This document shows positions 59,951-64,000 of a DNA stretch of 64,000 nt, piece after piece (position 1 is the stretch's first letter; each line of letters opens with the position of its first letter). The stretch lies in contig CAVZJB010000004.1 of assembly GCA_963775425.1 (NCBI GenBank), positions 64,001 to 128,000 on the forward strand, in the 5' to 3' direction. A program made the translations under genes and the position numbers. Source of the DNA: an uncultured delta proteobacterium. GTDB taxonomy: Bacteria; Myxococcota; UBA727; VGSZ01. Below the pieces are notes generated by a model. It worked only from the letters and a program-made list of their open reading frames with translations, was not told where the DNA came from and searched no databases.

Positions 59951-60547
59951 ATGCGCACCCCGCTCCTCCTCGCCGCCCTCGCGCTCGCCGCGTGCGGCAC
60001 GCTGCAAAACGGCGCCGAGAGCATCCTCAAGCCGTCGATGGTCTCGCCGCAGTTCAAGGACCTCGACGCCCCCAAGAGGAACCCGTTCGCGCAGGCCCGC
60101 TCGCGCGTCCAGGTGCTGAAGGTGGGCATCCGCAACTACGACACGTTCTTCCAGGACTCCTCCGAGGTGAAGGGCACCGTGGTGCTCGCCGACGTCGTCC
60201 TCAACGAGTCGGACACGTTCATCGCCAACACCAAGAAGTCGGTGAAGCAAAAACGGGAGCTGTCTCCCGCGCAGCAGGCCGCGGTGAAGAAGGAGCAGCA
60301 GCGGGTGGCGGCGCTGCAACAGCTCCTCACGGGCCTGCCCGCGCGCTCGGGCAAGCTCATCGGCGACGGCAACGGCCTGAGCAAGAACGCGGCGAGGACG
60401 TTCGTGGGGCCGAACGCGCTCAAGCTCCCGGGCGTGGTCAAGGGGCTCGAGCAGTCGCTGGCCGACCTGCGCTCCGCCACCCAGAAGGCGCCCGGTCTCC
60501 TCTCTCACGCCGAACGGACCAGCGCGGCGCTCACGACGCTGCGCTGA
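59951..60547 (+). CDS. Putative lipoprotein, helical, unknown function
   Basis: MRTPLLLAALALAAC lipobox. Lys-rich protein-like composition. Confidence 0.8.
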   Translation: MRTPLLLAALALAACGTLQNGAESILKPSMVSPQFKDLDAPKRNPFAQARSRVQVLKVGIRNYDTFFQDSSEVKGTVVLADVVLNESDTFIANTKKSVKQKRELSPAQQAAVKKEQQRVAALQQLLTGLPARSGKLIGDGNGLSKNAARTFVGPNALKLPGVVKGLEQSLADLRSATQKAPGLLSHAERTSAALTTLR

Positions 60548-60563
60548 GCGCCGCCGCGCCGGC

Positions 60564-62195
60564 TCACGCGCGCAGGCCGGGGGCCTCGTGCCCGCTGGCC
60601 GTGACGTACTCGGCGTAGCCGCCGGGGTAGGCGCGCGCGGCGCCGGCGCCGACCTCGAGCACGCGGTTCGAGAGCGCGGCGAGGAAGCGCCGGTCGTGGC
60701 TCACGAAGATCATCGCGCCCTCGAACGACTTGAGCGCCTCGACGAGCACGTCCTTGGTGCCGACATCGAGGTGGTTGGTGGGCTCGTCGAGCACCAACAG
60801 GTTCGGCGGATCGAAGAGCATGCGCGCGAGGACCAGGCGCGCCTTCTCACCCCCTGAGAGCACGCGGCAGGGCTTCTCCACGTCGTCACCGGAGAAGCCG
60901 AAGCTGCCGGCGAGCGTGCGGAGCGTGCCGATGGACGCCGTGGGGAAGGCCGCCTGGAGCGTCTCGAACACGGTGGCCTTCTCGTCGAGCAGCTCCATGG
61001 AGTGCTGCGCGAAGTAGCCGAGCTTCACGGAGGCGCCGACGACGACGCTGCCGCCGTCGGGCGCGGCGCCGCCGGCGATGAGCTTCAACAGCGTGGACTT
61101 GCCGGCGCCGTTTTCGCCCATCACGCACCAGCGCTCGCGGCGCCGCACGAGGAGGTCGAGCCCGTCATAGATGGTGCGCTCACCGTAGCGCTTCTCGAGC
61201 CCGGCGATCTTCACCACCTCCTCGCCGCTGCGCGGAGGCGACTTGAACTCGAAGCGCTGCGTGACCCGGCGGCGCGGCGGCGCGAGCTTCTCGATCTTGT
61301 CGAGCTTCTTGATGCGGCTCTGCACCTGGGCGGCGTGGCTCGCGCGCGCCTTGAAGCGCTCGATGAAGCGCTGCTCTTTCTCGAGCATCTTCTGCTGGCG
61401 CTCGAAGCTCGCCTGCTGCTCCCGCTCGCGCAGCGCGCGCTGCTGCTCGTAGAAGTCGACGTCACCGGAGTAGGTGGTGATGTCGCCGCCGTCGATCTCG
61501 AGCACCTTCTTGACCACGCGGTTCATGAACTCGCGATCGTGCGACGTCATCACGAGGGCGCCCTCGTAGCGCTGCAGGAACCCCTCGAGCCAGATGATGG
61601 ACTCGATGTCGAGGTGGTTGCTGGGCTCGTCGAGGAGCAGCATGTCGGGCGCCATGAGCAGGATGCGCGCGAGCGCGACGCGCATCTTCCAGCCGCCGGA
61701 GAGCTTGCCGACGTCGTCGTCGACCTGCTCCCCCGACAGGCCGAGCCCCGCGAGGATCTCCCGCGCCTTGCCCTCGAGCGCGTAGCCGCCGAGGGCGTCG
61801 AAGCGCGCCTGCACCTCGCCGAACCGGTCGACCGCCGCGGTCATGCGGTCCTCGTCGGCGAGGACGTCGGGGTCGGCGAGCTCGAGCTCGAGCCCCTTCA
61901 GCTCCGCCATGAGCTCGGCCGCGGGGCCGGCGCCGTCGAGGGTGGCGGCGAGCACGGTCTTTCCGACCAGCTCGCCCGTGTCCTGCGAGAAGTACCCGAC
62001 GCGCACGCCGCGCTCGACCGCGACCTGCCCCGCGTCCGGCTCCTCTTCGCCGGTGATGAGCCGGAACACCGTGGTCTTGCCGGCGCCGTTCGGGCCCACG
62101 AGCCCGATCTTCTCGCCGCGGTTCACCGTGGCCGACGCCTCCATGAAGAGGATCTGTCCGCCGTACTGCTTGCTGACGCCGTCGAGGGAAATCAC
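60564..62195 (-). CDS. ABC-F family ATPase
   Basis: Two ABC domains (GPNGAGKT/LSGGWKMR/LLLDEPSNHLD and GENGAGKS/LSGGEKAR/LDEPTNHLD), interdomain linker, no TM. Confidence 0.93.
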   Translation of the reverse strand: MISLDGVSKQYGGQILFMEASATVNRGEKIGLVGPNGAGKTTVFRLITGEEEPDAGQVAVERGVRVGYFSQDTGELVGKTVLAATLDGAGPAAELMAELKGLELELADPDVLADEDRMTAAVDRFGEVQARFDALGGYALEGKAREILAGLGLSGEQVDDDVGKLSGGWKMRVALARILLMAPDMLLLDEPSNHLDIESIIWLEGFLQRYEGALVMTSHDREFMNRVVKKVLEIDGGDITTYSGDVDFYEQQRALREREQQASFERQQKMLEKEQRFIERFKARASHAAQVQSRIKKLDKIEKLAPPRRRVTQRFEFKSPPRSGEEVVKIAGLEKRYGERTIYDGLDLLVRRRERWCVMGENGAGKSTLLKLIAGGAAPDGGSVVVGASVKLGYFAQHSMELLDEKATVFETLQAAFPTASIGTLRTLAGSFGFSGDDVEKPCRVLSGGEKARLVLARMLFDPPNLLVLDEPTNHLDVGTKDVLVEALKSFEGAMIFVSHDRRFLAALSNRVLEVGAGAARAYPGGYAEYVTASGHEAPGLRA

Positions 62196-62321
62196 GCGTG
62201 CGTCCTATCATGTGGAGACCCGGTCGGGTGTCATGACTGTCCGGTCAACACACCGTGACCGGGGTACGGCGCCCGCGGCGCGGGGCGGCCGATATGCTGG
62301 TTTCCTCAGGAGGCAGCTTTG

Positions 62322-63668
62322 GTGCGCATCGGGCTCCGCAATCCAACGACGACGTCGCGCGGCGCCGTCACCGGCGAGAAGGTCGACGGCGGGCCGGTCA
62401 TCGACGAGCAGACGACGCCCGGCGGCCGGCCGGCGCCGCCGCCCACCCAGGAGCAGCCGGCCGCCACCGCGGTCACGCAGGAGTCGAAGGCCGCCGCGCA
62501 GGCGCGCTTCAAGAACGATCCGCGGGCGCGCTTCGTCGAGCACACGCTGCGCTCCGGCGAAGCCGACGTCGACAGGTCGAGCGCCACCGGCGCAGGCAAG
62601 GTGCCGGCGCCGCCGGCCGTGACGTACAAGACCGTCGCGGACGCCAAGGCCGCCATCGAGAAGAAGTACGGCGTCACCATCGACACGAGCGGGAAGCCGT
62701 GGACCGCCGAGGAGCTCACCCGCGTCGACGGCGCGTGGTCGAAGATGAGCGCGACGGATCGCGAGGCGCTGCGCGGCCTCACCGTCAAGCGCGCGGCGGA
62801 GGCGCCCGACGACCTGCAGGCCGCCGAGGGCACCGACGTCGTCGCCGGTGTCTACAACGGCAACGTCGAGACCACGAACGGCACCCGGGACCAAAGCGCG
62901 TCCATCACCTACTTCGACGCCGCGTTCCCGCCGGGCAACGGCGACGCGTCGCGACGCACCTCGGAGCACGTGATCCTGCATGAGGCCGGACACGCCGTGG
63001 AGGGGCGCAAGCTCGACGAGGCCGTCGCGGCGCACAACGCCGCCGTCGACGACGAGCAGCAGCCCTCGCGCGACCTGGACCACGCGTTGAAGGCGATGCG
63101 CGAGTCGTTCTACGACGTCGACCACGCCCGTCGCGGCCTGTCGCGCGCGCAGCAGGGCGAGGTGAACGACTTCTACCGCGCGCAACGCGACGTCGACGCC
63201 GCGTCCCACAAGATCAAGGGCGCCAAGGACGCCGCGGCGCTTGCCAAGGCGAACGCGCAGATGGACAGCGCGCTCGCGCGCCTCGACAAGGCCGCCGCCG
63301 GCGTCTCCTCCGACAACCCCGCCGCCGCCGCCATCGCGACGAGCGCTCAAGCCGTGCGGGGCTACGGCGCCGCGTGGGTGGCGTACGGCGGGCCCGCGCT
63401 CGACGAGCGCACGACGCAAAAGACGCAGAACGCCCTCGGCAAGGCGCACAAGGTCCGCGTCGACGGAAAGACCGTCACGCGCTTCACCAGCAACGAGCTC
63501 GCGAGCTTCGAGCGCGGCACCCGCGGTGACAAGGCCGTGTCCGCGTACGGGGCCACGGCACCCGCGGAGAACTACGCCGAGGCGCACGCGCTCTACCGGC
63601 GCGATCCGGCGTACCTGAAGAAGCACTTCCCGAAGACGTATGCATGGTTCGCCAAGCATCATCCGTAG
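62322..63668 (+). CDS. Zincin metalloprotease-like protein (lethal-factor-like motif set) with disordered N-terminus
   Basis: AGGAGG RBS 8 nt before GTG. VAGVY, ILHEAGHAVE (HExxH), VSAYGAT.PAENYAEAHALY, LKKHFPKTYAWF. Confidence 0.8.
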   Translation: MRIGLRNPTTTSRGAVTGEKVDGGPVIDEQTTPGGRPAPPPTQEQPAATAVTQESKAAAQARFKNDPRARFVEHTLRSGEADVDRSSATGAGKVPAPPAVTYKTVADAKAAIEKKYGVTIDTSGKPWTAEELTRVDGAWSKMSATDREALRGLTVKRAAEAPDDLQAAEGTDVVAGVYNGNVETTNGTRDQSASITYFDAAFPPGNGDASRRTSEHVILHEAGHAVEGRKLDEAVAAHNAAVDDEQQPSRDLDHALKAMRESFYDVDHARRGLSRAQQGEVNDFYRAQRDVDAASHKIKGAKDAAALAKANAQMDSALARLDKAAAGVSSDNPAAAAIATSAQAVRGYGAAWVAYGGPALDERTTQKTQNALGKAHKVRVDGKTVTRFTSNELASFERGTRGDKAVSAYGATAPAENYAEAHALYRRDPAYLKKHFPKTYAWFAKHHP

Positions 63669-64000
63669 CGCTCGTCGTCGTCGTCGCCGCCTGTGCTTCG
63701 GCGACCGGCCCGAGGGAGAGCACCATGACCGACGCAGCCGGCGCGCACGATGAGGAGGTCGGCCCTGCCCTGGGCCGGCCCGTGCTCCTCGCGGTGAAGC
63801 AGATCGTCGGGCCGCCGTCGATGCCGCTGCCCGAGGGTGAAGCCGACGGCCTCGAGGCGTTCGACGACGCGACGCGCGCGTACGACGACGGCCGCGACGT
63901 CGACGCCGCCCGCGGCTTCGTGCGCGCCGCCGCCGCGTTCGCCGCCGAGCGCCCCGCGCGCTACGCCGCAGCCATGGCCGAGCAGTCGGCGGTCGCGTAC
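63644..64000 (+). CDS. Putative lipoprotein (partial, runs off the window), overlapping the protease stop
   Basis: Read manually: MVRQASSVALVVVVAAC-ASATGPREST-MTDAAG..., open to the window end. Alternative start at ATG 63725. Confidence 0.6.
   Translation, partial: MVRQASSVALVVVVAACASATGPRESTMTDAAGAHDEEVGPALGRPVLLAVKQIVGPPSMPLPEGEADGLEAFDDATRAYDDGRDVDAARGFVRAAAAFAAERPARYAAAMAEQSAVAY

Overview
Very GC-rich bacterial chromosomal window with Myxococcota/deltaproteobacterial gene content (eukaryotic-like Ser/Thr kinases, an FHA sigma54 activator, a MYXO-CTERM-like sorting tail, pilB-pilT-pilC-pilS-pilR). I saw no rRNA, tRNA, CRISPR array or mobile element. In order: class II ribonucleotide reductase nrdJ with tandem NrdR-like boxes plus DnaA-like and IHF-like sites; a membrane kinase, biotin carboxylase and FHA protein; a sigma54 module (kinase-STAND-TPR, FHA-bEBP, near-consensus -24/-12 promoter, paired upstream repeats) facing an operon of small unknown genes; clpB; a GH25 muramidase; a tightly coupled operon pyrH-frr-flavin reductase-OmpA/Gly-rich-small ORF-two DUF4407-like membrane proteins; lexA with a palindromic operator followed by an isolated injectisome-type sctV; a ~17 kb Wzm/Wzt surface-glycan locus; the type IV pilus motor cluster with no pilA and an ATPase-less PilB-like gene; aroE, ribF, ABC-F; and a lethal-factor-like zinc protease overlapping a lipoprotein gene. 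The best candidates for undescribed systems are the OmpA/DUF4407 envelope operon, the kinase-STAND/FHA-sigma54 module and the lone sctV with a possible effector/immunity pair. All family calls come from motif recognition by eye, not database searches. Three single-base frameshifts may be sequencing errors.
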